Source: Giardia intestinalis | Lineage: Eukaryota | NCBI GenBank assembly: GCA_000002435.2 | Contig: CM018792.1 | DNA: 64,000 nucleotides | Strand: one strand, 5' to 3' | Shown: piece by piece, positions 31,819-42,804 of the stretch | Position numbering within the stretch: position 1 is the first letter of the stretch | How the letters are laid out: each line of letters begins with the position of its first letter | Program-made: the position numbers and the translations under genes | The notes under the pieces: generated by a model | Told to the model about the DNA's origin: nothing | The model's database searches: none | The model's input: the letters and a program-made list of their open reading frames with translations, nothing else

Positions 31819-32337
31819 ATGGCGTTCAGCTACTTCACGGTCCCGTCTGGCCAGCCCTTCAGGAGGCCGCTGCCCGGCCACGTTGTCGCGCGGCTAGCGC
31901 AGCCCCTCCGGAGGACGCGCTCTGTCGAGGAAGCGGCGGACCGCCGAAGCCAGGCCCTCTGGCGGCGTTCGGAAAAGGCCGGCGAGGTGTACAGAGCGGC
32001 CCGCAAGATCGCCATGAGCAGGCACTTGTTCGACTTTCACGACCGCGCAGTCGCCAAGCACCGCGCAGAAAGGGCGCAGCAGGAGGCAGAGCGCCGAAGG
32101 ACAGCGCTCCTCCAGTGCAAATCCGACGCGATAGCAGCTGGATACAACGAGTGGTACGACGCGCGGGTGTGCAAGGAGGAAGAGGAACACCTATCTAAGT
32201 CAAAGCGCGACAGGTATGGCGGTAAACGGGCAGGCCTCTGGGAAGAGCATCTGATACTCAGCAACGCCTCTATTCGCGTTTCCTCAGTGGGCCCAGCAAG
32301 GGCCCTTTCTGCTCCATATCAGCCAGCGTCTAATTGA
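31819..32337 (+). CDS. Hypothetical 172-aa protein with a basic, coiled-coil-like sequence, in palindrome arm copy 1.
   Basis: An intact ORF that is identical in both arms, Arg/Ala/Glu-rich (RAERAQQEAERRRTALLQ). No homolog was recognised. It may be a genuine small gene carried in the duplicated segment. Confidence 0.3.
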   Translation: MAFSYFTVPSGQPFRRPLPGHVVARLAQPLRRTRSVEEAADRRSQALWRRSEKAGEVYRAARKIAMSRHLFDFHDRAVAKHRAERAQQEAERRRTALLQCKSDAIAAGYNEWYDARVCKEEEEHLSKSKRDRYGGKRAGLWEEHLILSNASIRVSSVGPARALSAPYQPASN

Positions 32338-35300
32338 TGAAAAGTCTTCCTGCAAACCAAGTACTCTATTAAGTGGTTCGTTAGTGAATAGCACCTGTAC
32401 CAAATAGAGAGTTGCATAACGAGCTCAGAGGTTTTCTTCCTCTGTTGAGCCCGTTGCATAGATGAAGTTGGTACGCCTCAATCAGATATCTGAAGTGCCT
32501 CTTTATGAATGTACTCACAGATGCAACTAGAAGAGGTGCATCACACCTGACTCCATGTGTACAGACTTGACGCTATGCAAGATTACTTGACGGAAGTCTT
32601 CAGGGACGCTAGTCATCGGTCTACACGCCAAGGATTAGGAGTCTACATAAGATGCTCTCGCTATACTCTTTTGTATGTTGAAAGGAGCTGATTTCCTAAA
32701 ACACACTGATAAATATCAATAGCTTAAGCTTGAGGCCACAACTCCTCTTTGAACAACAGTCTATCGATGCTCAAGTATGGATTTCTAGAGTATTGATCAC
32801 GATAACCAGGTCTTTGAGATTGTCTTAAATGTCCAACCTTTCTAAAGCGCAGTTTAAATGACTACTAGTTTCCATGGTTTGTAGGCCGTAGTATAGACTT
32901 CGTTGAACTATTATACTTTTCCCATATCCCATAAACGTGCAGAAGGCTACTGTATTCTTGGAAGGGGTGATCTTTCATATATTTCTAAGCACTGAACCGT
33001 GGTTAGGATTGGTGTACAAGGTTATCAGACACACACGATGTCCATATTAAGACGCAGGACTTAAATGCTACAGGCGGCCTCAGAAAGAGCTCTCTGAGGG
33101 AACAAGAAGTGAGGCGACTAATGCACCGAAGATGCTGCGGGCCTCTGTCCACGGAGTGCAAACCCATTACTATGCAATTCGCTACCACAGGCTTCTGTCT
33201 GCGGCGACACAACTACTAGGTGACATCACACTCTGGAAGCTAGTGTGCGGGCTCACGTTGTAAGGTCGGCGGACCGGAGGATGCAGGAGCCACGGGGTAG
33301 TGACTGACCATCATGGCTTCTATAGGCTCTGCGGCTATTAGTACAGGGGCAGGGATGCTGCATCCTGGTGATTGGCCCAGAGCCGCACCATCCAATGGGC
33401 CGACGACCCTCATGTTGTTTCAATCTGAAGCGGCCTCCACTGCTGCCCCCGTACGAGTTGGAGAAGGGGTCGGCCCCATCGAATGCGGCAGAGAACAACA
33501 AGTCCCCAGTCTTCGGGCGAGGAAGATGGGTGATCTCGTCCAGGTGAAGCCGACTCCTCACCGTCCTCTGGGTCCTGCCTCTTCTACCGCCCTGGCACAA
33601 CATAGCTCGGTAGGGGGCGGCGTGTCTGCGCTACAGGACGCGTCGTCAAGAAAGAGTGGGCCTGGAGAGGCCCGACGGCCACCGCTGGGATAGGCCTCAG
33701 AAGCCCTTGGCTGCAGGATACGCTACTGCCAGGGTCAGTGCAGGCTATGGCTTTGAGGAAGCGCAGGACTGACGGGCGCTATCAGGAAACACCTGGCACG
33801 TTCTCGTGGAGAGGGGGACTCAGGCTTGGGGGCTTGGCAGTGTCGGGCCCGGGCTGGGTAGAGAGCTTGCTGTACCCGGAAGTGAAGACCCCAGCAAGCA
33901 GGAATAGTGGCCACAGCCAGTACAGCCGGCGGGTCGACCCGGGCCTCTTCAGCCGCGCTTGATGGAGCCCGACGTTGCGCCAGGCGACGGGACAGGGCAC
34001 CGGCCGTCTCTAGGGCATGCAGGAGGCGAGGCTTGTGAGCCCATGGGCGTCTGGCCTGCAAGCTGAGGCCACATCGGTGACGAGGCCCAGAGTGACGCAG
34101 CGTGGACGCTCTGTGGTGACGGGCCTGACAATGAGTGCAGCAAAGTTATGGGAATGGGCTCCGTCTGGGTCAGGACCTCAGAGTTCTCTTCGTCGTAAGG
34201 AAGAATAGGGCAGTGCGGTATAAGGGAGGCATCCGGCAAGATATGCTGGGAAACTGGCCCGTTGCGGTAAGTCACGGGCGCTGCCAAACACGGCGTCTCT
34301 TCTCTTAGACAGAAGACAGGCAGAATGGGTGACTGCGGAGGCTGCAGTGTCCGTGGTAGATCGCGGCATCGCAATGCGGCTGGGTCCGTGCCGGTGTGTC
34401 TGCCCGGACTCTAAGTGCGCTCTGAGGATCACCTGCTGATGGGCTGGAAGGCCCGAGAAGTGATGTGCTGCCCCTGTCATTGCGGGCAGCGCCCCGTGAC
34501 ACGCACTCGAGCCAGGGCCTCCTGGTGGCCAGAAGCAGAGCAGAGGCAGACGGCCGGTCGTGCATCCGTCCGGGCGGCTCACTGCATGTAGAGCGAAGAA
34601 GACCACTTGCGCCGCTCGGGTTATCGCTCAGCATCAAGTGCGGATGGAAGGCTGGGCCCGGCAACCAGGGCACCGACCTGTACGCTCCTGTCAGCCATCC
34701 CAGGCCGGCCAGAAGCCAGGCTCGACAGGCAGTGCAAAAGCCAGGGAAGCCAGCGTGATCATCGGGCCCGCGTTTGAATGCTAAAAAACTTGGGCGGCGA
34801 TGGCGACTGTCGTCTTCCTGGGAGGGCGCCTCTTCGCACAGGGTCAGCCGTCCTGGCCCTGCATGCTGGGTGCGCGGCTCGAGGGCGCGCTATGCTAGTT
34901 GAGGGCCTGCCAGGCGCTGCAGCCTACGAATAGCACGGACGGATGCAACGGGGTGTCCGAGCAGTGCACTGTCTTTGTCCCAGAGAGCTGTGGTTCTAAC
35001 CATGCGCCCTACACCAGCTCGGCATACCCCTGCTGCTTCCGCTGCTGGTCTGTCTGCCACTTGTTTATTATAGCGGGGGCGCATACGCTTGGGGTGTCGC
35101 CTAGGCACTGTAGTGGTCTTCTCTGACGGTGCGTGTATATTCACATGATGGCCGATGGGTGGAGCGGCTGCCTGATCTCCGAGCTCTCATTGCAACAAGG
35201 CGGGGCGTCGGCTGTCTACACGCCTCTAAGCGAGCCCGCGACCTCTGTGCAGATGCCTGCTCGCCGCGCTCCATAGTGACGGCTGTACACCCAGAAGGGG

Positions 35301-37566
35301 CTGCAGAATCCTCCGCTGTCCTTCGATGTGGACCACGGCTTGTGCACAGGCTAGCGACGGGGCCTGCACACTAGCTTCTATGGGCCCAGCCTGCCAGGCA
35401 CCTGGATCACAGTGCACGTCAAGACCGCACACTCGTTTGCATGCTCGCTGCTAATGTTGAACAGGACTGCGAGGGGTCTGTCTCTGGCCATCCTCGCCTT
35501 AGTACCTGGCCCTTGATGACACGCCTCAGTAGAGGATGGTGTCTTCTAAGTGCTCGGAAGACTATCCGTGCATGGCGGTTCCCGGAGAGTCGGTTCGCAC
35601 AGAAAGCGTAGATGTGCCCGGCGGGCTAGTGGGGTAAGGCTGGGGCTACAGAGACTAGCCATTAGTCCGGATTACAGCAGGGACACCTGTAGTGCCTCCT
35701 CGGCTCCTAAGCGTGGAAAGGCCGTAGAACTTGCAGATGAGTTGGAGGCTGCTTTTTGATTTTATGCATTTGCAGCAGAGCAGAGTTTACTGAAGGTCCA
35801 CTTATTCTAAATTCGAGGAGCCTCATCTCTTCCTCACACACGGTGAGATGATCGATTGTAGGGGTGTACTGTGCAAACCGGTGACAGTCAGCGTATCTAT
35901 TATCCAGACGGATACTGCCTGCGTCCTCCTGTGGCAGACCACCACCAGGGCCCCCAATCTACACATCTGTTCTGGCATCTGTCGGGCAATCATCACCTCC
36001 TGTCGAAGGATTGCTATACGTTACACATCTTGAGCCATCCATCGACCAGGTGGTGCCATAAGCTCTTGTCCCCTACTTGTCCACTCAATGCATACTCTGA
36101 GCGCCGCCAGTTGCACTCACGTCTGCACTACTCATCTGGATGCCCCCCACTCTTCAAGAGCACATGCCCGCAGCCGATGCTCCGTATTACAAGAGAAGTC
36201 AGCCGGATCACTGCGCTGTGCATAGCTCTCATAGGCGTGTTGCTATGCGCGCCCAGCCTTTCCACCCGTAGGCCGCCACGCGTTCACATGTGCGCCAGCG
36301 CCGCCGAGCTTTCGTGGTTTCGAGTGGCCCTGATGCATGGAGCGCTTGCGCACAAGTCCTTCCACCACTGACCCAGGCCGACCCCTCGCAAGATCCTTAG
36401 CGGAGTTGCATCCGAGATGTGTGTCTGCGTTGCTGTCCAGGTGCATGTGCCGGCCCTGGTGCTTCTCACAAGCTTGCGAGCATCGAGCTGGCCTCTACCG
36501 AACCGTATCAGAAGTCAGCACCAGGATGTGGTCCCCTCGGTTGGGCTCTGCAGGCTCCCAGAGCTACGCACCAAAGGGCCGTTCTTCTTTGCGCCGTGTA
36601 ACGTAGGGAGATGCACCGAGCTACTACGCCCTCTCCGTGTGGCGTGGTTTACGACGGGGGACGGGATCCCTGTGCTCATTGTCTATCTGCCCAGGGCCAG
36701 CCGCAGCCCGGGTTGAGGATGACAAGCGAAGATCTCCCAGCTCCTTGTCAGCGGGTGGGAGATCCCGCCACTCTAGTACCCACAACAAAGGGTGCCGATC
36801 ACTGGCAGAGGGACACGACACCCAGGCCCCGCTCCTTCCACTGATGGTACCTAATAAGAGACTCCTTTGTCGCCTGCACCAACAACCTCAGGCACCGTGG
36901 GTCAGAGTGCCTCCATAGTGGACAGCGGTAGCACTATGATGATCTGGGGTGATATGAGTCCTGGCTTACTGGCTCAGGAGGCAGCACGCTTTGGGTGGTT
37001 CTTCCCTCTTGTCCAGATCTGGGAGGGCTGGCTGCCTTCCGAGCCCCCTGGCACCTTGTCAGGTGATGGAGTGTCTTAAAGTATTCATTACAAAAGATCA
37101 GAAATAGCGCCATGCATTCCCAATAGATCAGAGGGTCTCACGAGCTACTCTATGCTGATTCACACCTTTCATGGACCCTAGCGACCACTGTAACCTTCTT
37201 TCGGGATCTTGCAAGGGACTGTCCTTGAGTGCGATTCCCCATGACAGCCGGGAGTCGCAGACATAATCCAAAGGGATGAGAGTACTACAGAGGCTGAGAG
37301 GAGAGTGCCGATGCACAGGGGTCCGCAGAGACCCGACTCGTACAGGGAAGGCGTGGAGGCTGGCTCTCCAGGGATGTAGAGCCACCAGGAAAGGAGCCGG
37401 CAGTGGGGCTGAGGGTCAGCAGAGGCACCCGAGCCGTCCTCTGATTGACCGCGAGGCAGCAGGCACATGGGGCGGCATCACCGCTTGTTTTTGGATTTTC
37501 TGCTTCCCTGCGCGTTGTGCAGGGGTCCGTAGTGGGTTGAGTATCACAGGCTACGCACAGCAACGC

Positions 37567-37581
37567 GTTTACTACCTAAGT
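37567..37581 (-). terminator. Extended vsp polyadenylation motif ACTYAGRTAGTRAAY (ACTTAGGTAGTAAAC on the minus strand), just 3' of the left-arm vsp.
   Basis: It is the reverse complement of gtttactacctaagt at 37567-37581, starting 5 nt after the vsp stop codon. This is the conserved 3' signature of Giardia vsp genes. Confidence 0.75.
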
Positions 37582-37585
37582 ACAT

Positions 37586-39811
37586 CTACGCCTTCCCTCT
37601 GCAGATGAACCACCAGCAGAGGAAGCCCACAAGGCCTCCGACGACGACAATGACTGCGACAGAGATCCCCGCGATGGCACCGGTAGAAAGGCCGCTCTTG
37701 TTCGTGCTTCCGTCGGTACTGTCACCATCTTTTATGAGGTAGCAGAGGACGGAGCCACTACCAGCCGATGGAGGGGCGCAGCTAGCGCAGTTGGCGACGC
37801 CGGTGATGGATCCCCCGTCGCTCTTGTCGCATGCTATGCACTTTTCTTTGGACAGGTAGTACCCTGCAGCGCACACCGTGCACTTGGTGGCATCGTTCGC
37901 ATTGCACTCGGAGCACCCAGTGGCGCAGGGAACACACTTCTGAGTGTTACCGCCAGTCTTAGCATATCCAGCCTTGCACGTGTCGCACTGGTCCTGGCTG
38001 GTGCACGTCTTACATCCGGCCGAGCAAGTGGTGAGCGCGCCGTTATCCAGCTTGTACCCGTCGGCCGGAGTCTGACAAGCATCGCTCGCTTCTGCTGCGG
38101 CTAAGCAGACGCTCTTTCCGGGGAACTTGGTCGTCTCATAGCAGCCCCCGTTCATACGAAGAAGCCCGTTGGCGCATTTATTGCAAACACCACTTCCTTG
38201 AGTAGTGCACGTAATGGCCTTTCCGGCCGCCGCCGAGCAGACTCCGTTCTGCGGAAACTGGCCGGCGTCCTTGCACTTGGAGCAGTAGGCCGTGCCATTG
38301 ACCGTCAGCTCGCACTTCTCGCAGTTGTTAGCATTTGGCTCGCATCCTGGTTTGCACGTCCCCGTGTTGCCCTCTCCTTCGTAGCTGAGGGCCTTCTTAG
38401 GCTCGCAGCTCGTACACCCGTTGGAGTTCCCGTTCGCGCACGTCTTACACGAGGTATCGCACTTGGCACAGGCGGCTCCGCTCTTGTAATATCCGTCCTT
38501 GCAGGTATCACACTGTCCGTTCTCGTTGCACAGGAGGCAGTTCTCGACCTCGCACTTCTTGCAGGCCTTCTTGCCCCCCTCGTTGGTGCCCGCGTAGTAG
38601 CCTCCCAGATCTCCGCAGTTATCGATGCACTGGCCCGTGGGCGTGAGGGCCTTAGTGCCCTCGCACTCTGTGCACACCTCCTTGCTTGTCTTCGGCTCAC
38701 TGCATGTCTTGCAGCCGGGGGTGTTGCACTGGGGGTCGGATTTCTTCGTGCACCCGGTGCCCGCGTTGTCGGGAACGTAGCCCTCGACGCACTCACAAAC
38801 GCCAGAGGTCTTTTCCTCGTTGGAGTTCAAGGGGCAGCTTTCAACGCACCCCTTCTTGTTTGGCTGGATCTTCTTATTAGGCCCGCACGTCTTGCAAACC
38901 ACTCCGGTGGGGCCTTTCTCACAAGTGGCGCAGTCCACCGTCCCTCCGGAAGCGCAGGTGTTGCACTCCTTTGCTTCCTTATCAACGTAATGAGTTGCCG
39001 GGCAGCCGTTTGCGTCAACGCACGTGCCAGTTGTGGACTCGTCATCCTTCTTTAGGTACGGCTTGTCATCCTTGCAGGAGGTGCACTTCGCAGCCCCAGT
39101 CTTACAGGTCTTGCATGTCTCAGCGCACTTGCTGCATTTTTTACCGCCCGTTGTATCGACGAAGAACCCTTCAGTGCCGGTGCACTCCTGTTCCGTCACA
39201 CACGACGTCGCGCCCCCGTCCGTCTTAACAATCCTCGCGGTTTGCTGCGCATCAGGGCCGCACGCAGTACACTTAGCAACTCCATTAGCTTGGCTCGTCA
39301 GTGCAGACCCGTCACAGGTAGTGCACCCGGCCACGCCCGTGTATGTCTTATCGCCAAGCGTTATGCCCGTCGCGTCTCCGCACGGTATAACCGACTGGTG
39401 AGAGACATCTGCGCCCGGTGGCACGAAGTATCCTTGCGCGGCTTGTGTGCATTTTCCCTCAGAGGCTTGCGTGCACATGGTCTGTCCGGGCTGCTGGGCT
39501 GCTTCGTAACACCCGCCCTTGTACATGAAAGTCTGACCAGCGCACTGTCCACAGGTCTGATCGGCTGTATTGCCTCCGGAGCTATCTTTACACTTATCTG
39601 TTGCACCATCTTTGCCTACACATTTTCCATTGATAGGAACAGATCCTGCGTCACATTGAGAACAGTACAGCTTATCGCCAATCAGAACGTTACATGCGTC
39701 TGCTGCACAATTAGTGTTATCTGCGCATTGAACTTCCCGCACGTGCTCTGCTACTTTTTCTGCCCATGCAATCTGGATGGCTAGGCCCGCGAATATAAAA
39801 CTACCGAACAT
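37586..39811 (-). CDS. vsp: Variant-specific surface protein (VSP), 741 aa, left-arm copy.
   Basis: Signal peptide MFGSFIFAGLAIQIAWA. About 11 percent Cys, arranged in dozens of CXXC motifs. Two GGCY motifs. A C-terminal transmembrane helix and the invariant cytoplasmic tail CRGKA. The start is ATGTT. The protein is identical to the right-arm copy. Confidence 0.92.
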   Translation of the reverse strand: MFGSFIFAGLAIQIAWAEKVAEHVREVQCADNTNCAADACNVLIGDKLYCSQCDAGSVPINGKCVGKDGATDKCKDSSGGNTADQTCGQCAGQTFMYKGGCYEAAQQPGQTMCTQASEGKCTQAAQGYFVPPGADVSHQSVIPCGDATGITLGDKTYTGVAGCTTCDGSALTSQANGVAKCTACGPDAQQTARIVKTDGGATSCVTEQECTGTEGFFVDTTGGKKCSKCAETCKTCKTGAAKCTSCKDDKPYLKKDDESTTGTCVDANGCPATHYVDKEAKECNTCASGGTVDCATCEKGPTGVVCKTCGPNKKIQPNKKGCVESCPLNSNEEKTSGVCECVEGYVPDNAGTGCTKKSDPQCNTPGCKTCSEPKTSKEVCTECEGTKALTPTGQCIDNCGDLGGYYAGTNEGGKKACKKCEVENCLLCNENGQCDTCKDGYYKSGAACAKCDTSCKTCANGNSNGCTSCEPKKALSYEGEGNTGTCKPGCEPNANNCEKCELTVNGTAYCSKCKDAGQFPQNGVCSAAAGKAITCTTQGSGVCNKCANGLLRMNGGCYETTKFPGKSVCLAAAEASDACQTPADGYKLDNGALTTCSAGCKTCTSQDQCDTCKAGYAKTGGNTQKCVPCATGCSECNANDATKCTVCAAGYYLSKEKCIACDKSDGGSITGVANCASCAPPSAGSGSVLCYLIKDGDSTDGSTNKSGLSTGAIAGISVAVIVVVGGLVGFLCWWFICRGKA

Positions 39812-41069
39812 TAACCAATCTGATAAATTGATAGGAAAAGAATCGCGGTACGTTCAGCCAATCCGTGTGACTGACACACCGCGGAGTATGGTAGCCTGCT
39901 TGGCGATCAGTAATAAAACGGGATCCACTAGTCTTCTTGAATGTTGCTTCACCCCTCACAATCTAGACACAATGATGATCACCCGACCACTTGTGTGGCC
40001 CATTGTCTTGCAGCGCGGAGCCCTACAGTGGCCATCTTCTGAACGACGCCACCCTGCCATTCGCGGAGGGCCCCTCATCCTCCCTCGTTATAGACCGTGG
40101 CAAAAGAGACACAGCAGGCGGCTTGTCCATCTCCGTAAACATCCGAGAGGGCCCTGCCTGTCTGTGTGAGGAGGTTTACTCTTTCCACCGAGGGCGGTTT
40201 TCGACTACTTCCGGCGCATCAGTCGCGTCCGGGCGGTGGCGTGCCGCTGGGGCCTGCCTGCGGCGTGGTCCAGAAGTCTCACGGGTAAGCCTCGCTCAAT
40301 TCCCGGCCAGCCCGGAGGCGAAGGGTGGTCGTGGGTCGCAGTGATAGCCACAGCGGTGGCAAAGAGGGGTCCCCTCCACGTGTGGATCTGGGGTCTCGCG
40401 TTCCTCGGCTGTTCTGCGGGCATGTGCACACAATCGGACCTGAGGCGAAGGAGAGCCCGCGAGGACCCGATCCGCATTACGAACGCAAGATCGTACCTCC
40501 GGACCCCAAACAGCAAGCCGTGAGTCTCTACTTGGGAGACCACTCCGAAGACGCTTGCCCTCTGGCAGGACACACATGCTGGCTCTGTGGCCTACCGTGT
40601 GAGAGCGCCAACAACTAACCGAGCACCTGAGAGAAGCAAACGATGACAGACACAGAGTACCGGGCGACGACAAGCTGATCCTTCCGGCCCAGTACCGAAC
40701 CAGACAGAGCTCGCCATGCTCATCCACCAAGGTGCACCCATGATCGCGAGCATCGAGCAGGCAGGGACTGGGGTCGCTCTTCCCGCTATCAGGGGCCTAG
40801 ACGCCCTGGTGGGAAGCCCCAGAGGACTCAAGCAACACAGTAGAGCAGGCCCAGAGCAAGTCGGACCCAGATCCAGAGAGGGCGAGGCGCCGGATAGCAA
40901 ACAGGGTGAACAACGCGCTGAGCTTCGGGGCAGTTGCTAAGGCTCTCCGCGCCCTTGATGACACGCCCATGGTAGACATCAAGTCGGAGAAGGCCAAGGC
41001 TGCCCTCAGCGCGCTACACCCGTGCGTCCTCCCCGAAGGCTACGTTGGCCTTGACTACCCTCTATCGAT

Positions 41070-42804
41070 GAACTCGACGGGGCTGGAGTGGCAACCGAGG
41101 AGGAAATGAGAAAGGCCCTGTTGGGACTCTCAACAAGAAGGCCTCGGGCGGTCCAGCTCAGGTGATGAAGCAGAACGACGACTGTGAAATGCCTCACGCA
41201 GGCGTACAACGAGCTGACCACCCACCCCGAAGGAGTCCGACGGATACCCCCGATCGCGATAGGCGAGACGGTCACGAACACCTTCCACCGCGTCCTGCTG
41301 AAGCGGCTGGTCAGGCATGCCAACTACCTCTCATGCGAACAGATCGCCTTCAAGCAGAACGCATACGCGGTAGGTGTGAGGAGGGCCCACGAGCTCATCA
41401 GCAGGCGGGGGTGCACCCCGTCTCCCTCGACATAAAGAACGCCCTCAACTCCCTCCCGAGGGCAGAGGTCGTCAGAGCCCTGAACGAGGCGGGCGTCCCG
41501 AAGGTCCTAGTCGACTACATTAGGAACTTCCTCGACCTGAGGCACAGCCGGGACGTGAAGTGCGAGGTCTGGGGCGTCCCCCAGGGCGACCCGCTCAGCA
41601 CTTTCCTCTTCTGCATGGCCATCGAGCGCCTCCTGAGACGCCTCAAGGAGAGGGGCATCACCTTCCTTGCCTAGCGGACGACATCGTGGCGCTCCACGAC
41701 GAGGCCTACCCGGCAGGCACGATAATACAGCAGGCCACGGTGGAGGCCGCCGCCATGGACCTGACGATCAGGAGCGACAAGTGCAAGTCCACCATGGCGG
41801 GCGAGGAGGTGACTTTCCTCAACCACCCGGTGTCCCCCACCCCTGCAAGCCTTGCCCCAAAGGCCATCGCAGGTGCTGAGACTGCCCCCATAACCATCCA
41901 CTAGAAGCTCATCTTGATGTCACTCTGTGTGGTCCCGATGGTGAACTACGCCCCCCTGGTCGAGATAACATCGGACAAGGCGGACTACGAGGAGCTCGAC
42001 AGACGTCGCACAAGGCTTCAGCAAAATAACCAACAGAAGCTGCGATCGCCTGGTCGACTTCCTGGCGTACCCGAAGGAGAAGGGCGGTCTGGGCCTGCTC
42101 ATGCCGGGGCTCTGCCACGACGAGCTGCGGAGGGCATGGGCCTCCCCGGACGTCAACAAGGGGACCAGGGACCCGGTGGAGCTGTCGGTGGGCGGCCAGG
42201 CACTGCAGGGGAAGGGGACCTACTTCAACCGCCTCCTCACGCGCACACATCAGCTTCCGGACAGAGCGGCGGCGTGCTGACCGAGGAGGAAAGGGCCCTG
42301 AAGGAGAGAGATGGCTCGATCATGGCGCAGACAAGAGGCACCTGCCCAGGCTGCCACACGGCGAGGACCCTCGACCACGAGGCACGACATGATCGTCGCG
42401 TGCCTGTACCTCCGCGTCTCGGGGAAGTTCAACGCAGAGCTGGAGGTCAAGACCCACAGCCACCTCAGCGACCAGAACCAGAAGCCCGACATCTGGCTCG
42501 TCGACAAGTGCAAGGCAGTGGACGTGCGTGTCATCCAGCCCCGCCAGATGGATGCCTACTACAACGAGAAGGTCAAGAAGTACAGGGACGGGACGCTCCC
42601 GATCATCTACGGGACAGACGGCTCCCTCCACCCCAGTCCAAGGGGCACCTCGAGGAGCTCCACGTGGACCTCTATCCGGGCTGCCTTCGCCATCGCCCAC
42701 ATGGCTGCAAAGGCGAACGAGCACCCGACGAAGCTGATCAGACGCGACCGGGCCGAAAGCCTGGCCACCCAGAGCGACCGCCTCCTGTCATCCTACTTCT
42801 GACA
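41070..42804 (+). mobile_element. Dead, 5'-truncated non-LTR retrotransposon (R2-clade; Genie/Gil-like, most like the degenerate Genie 2/GilD type). Reverse-transcriptase and REL-type endonuclease domains are broken by at least 4 frameshifts. A possible upstream zinc-finger remnant lies at ~40560-40650 and an untranslated tail runs to ~43046.
   Basis: RT motifs are spread over three frames: RRIPPIAIGETVTNTFHRVLLKRL; PVSLDIKNALNSL; GVPQGDPLSTFLF; and ITFLA followed by ADDIVALHDEAY, where the YADD box is broken by a 1-nt indel near 41675. The C-terminal block RGTCPGCH...RHDMIVACLYLRVSGKFNAELEVKTHSHLSDQNQKPDIWLVDKCKAVDVRVIQP aligns with the R2 REL-endonuclease (CCHC plus PD..D..K: RHNKIVSFVA...RKPDII...IVDVQVV). 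There is no intact ORF. Confidence 0.8.

Larger units (their letters stand above)
31740..40422. repeat. Left arm (~8.7 kb) of a large inverted repeat (palindrome). It is the reverse complement of 43047-51729.
   Basis: Every track ORF in this interval has an identical or near-identical twin on the opposite strand. For each twin pair, start plus end coordinates sum to a constant 83469, placing the symmetry centre at 41734.5. The outer junction was read at agcttactccgggcgcgcc and the inner junction near ggctgttctgcggg. Confidence 0.9.

Noticed and set aside
33250-37560. Many 60-170 aa ORFs on both strands of the GC-rich tract (for example 35871-36371, 34178-34606), and their mirrors in the right arm.
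   Set aside because: They overlap each other in multiple frames and on both strands, are Ala/Arg/Pro-rich as expected from random GC-rich DNA, and show no domain. I treat them as chance ORFs, not genes.
33250-37560. Possibility that the GC-rich tract is a ribosomal DNA fragment, since Giardia rDNA is very GC-rich.
   Set aside because: I could not find the characteristic SSU rRNA 5' sequence or any recognisable rRNA core motifs by eye. Without a search the rDNA idea is unsupported.
38198-39055. 285-aa ORF antisense to the left vsp, with its twin 44414-45271 antisense to the right vsp. Other antisense ORFs lie within vsp (38305-38796, 39242-39784).
   Set aside because: These are Ala/Leu/Arg-rich products of the GC- and Cys-codon-rich vsp antisense frames. 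The sense strand carries an unmistakable VSP with signal peptide and CRGKA tail.
39777-40422. ORFs in the 0.6 kb between each vsp start and the inner palindrome junction (for example 39777-40169 and its twin 43300-43692).
   Set aside because: They are short, overlapping and featureless. This region is more plausibly the vsp upstream/promoter DNA.
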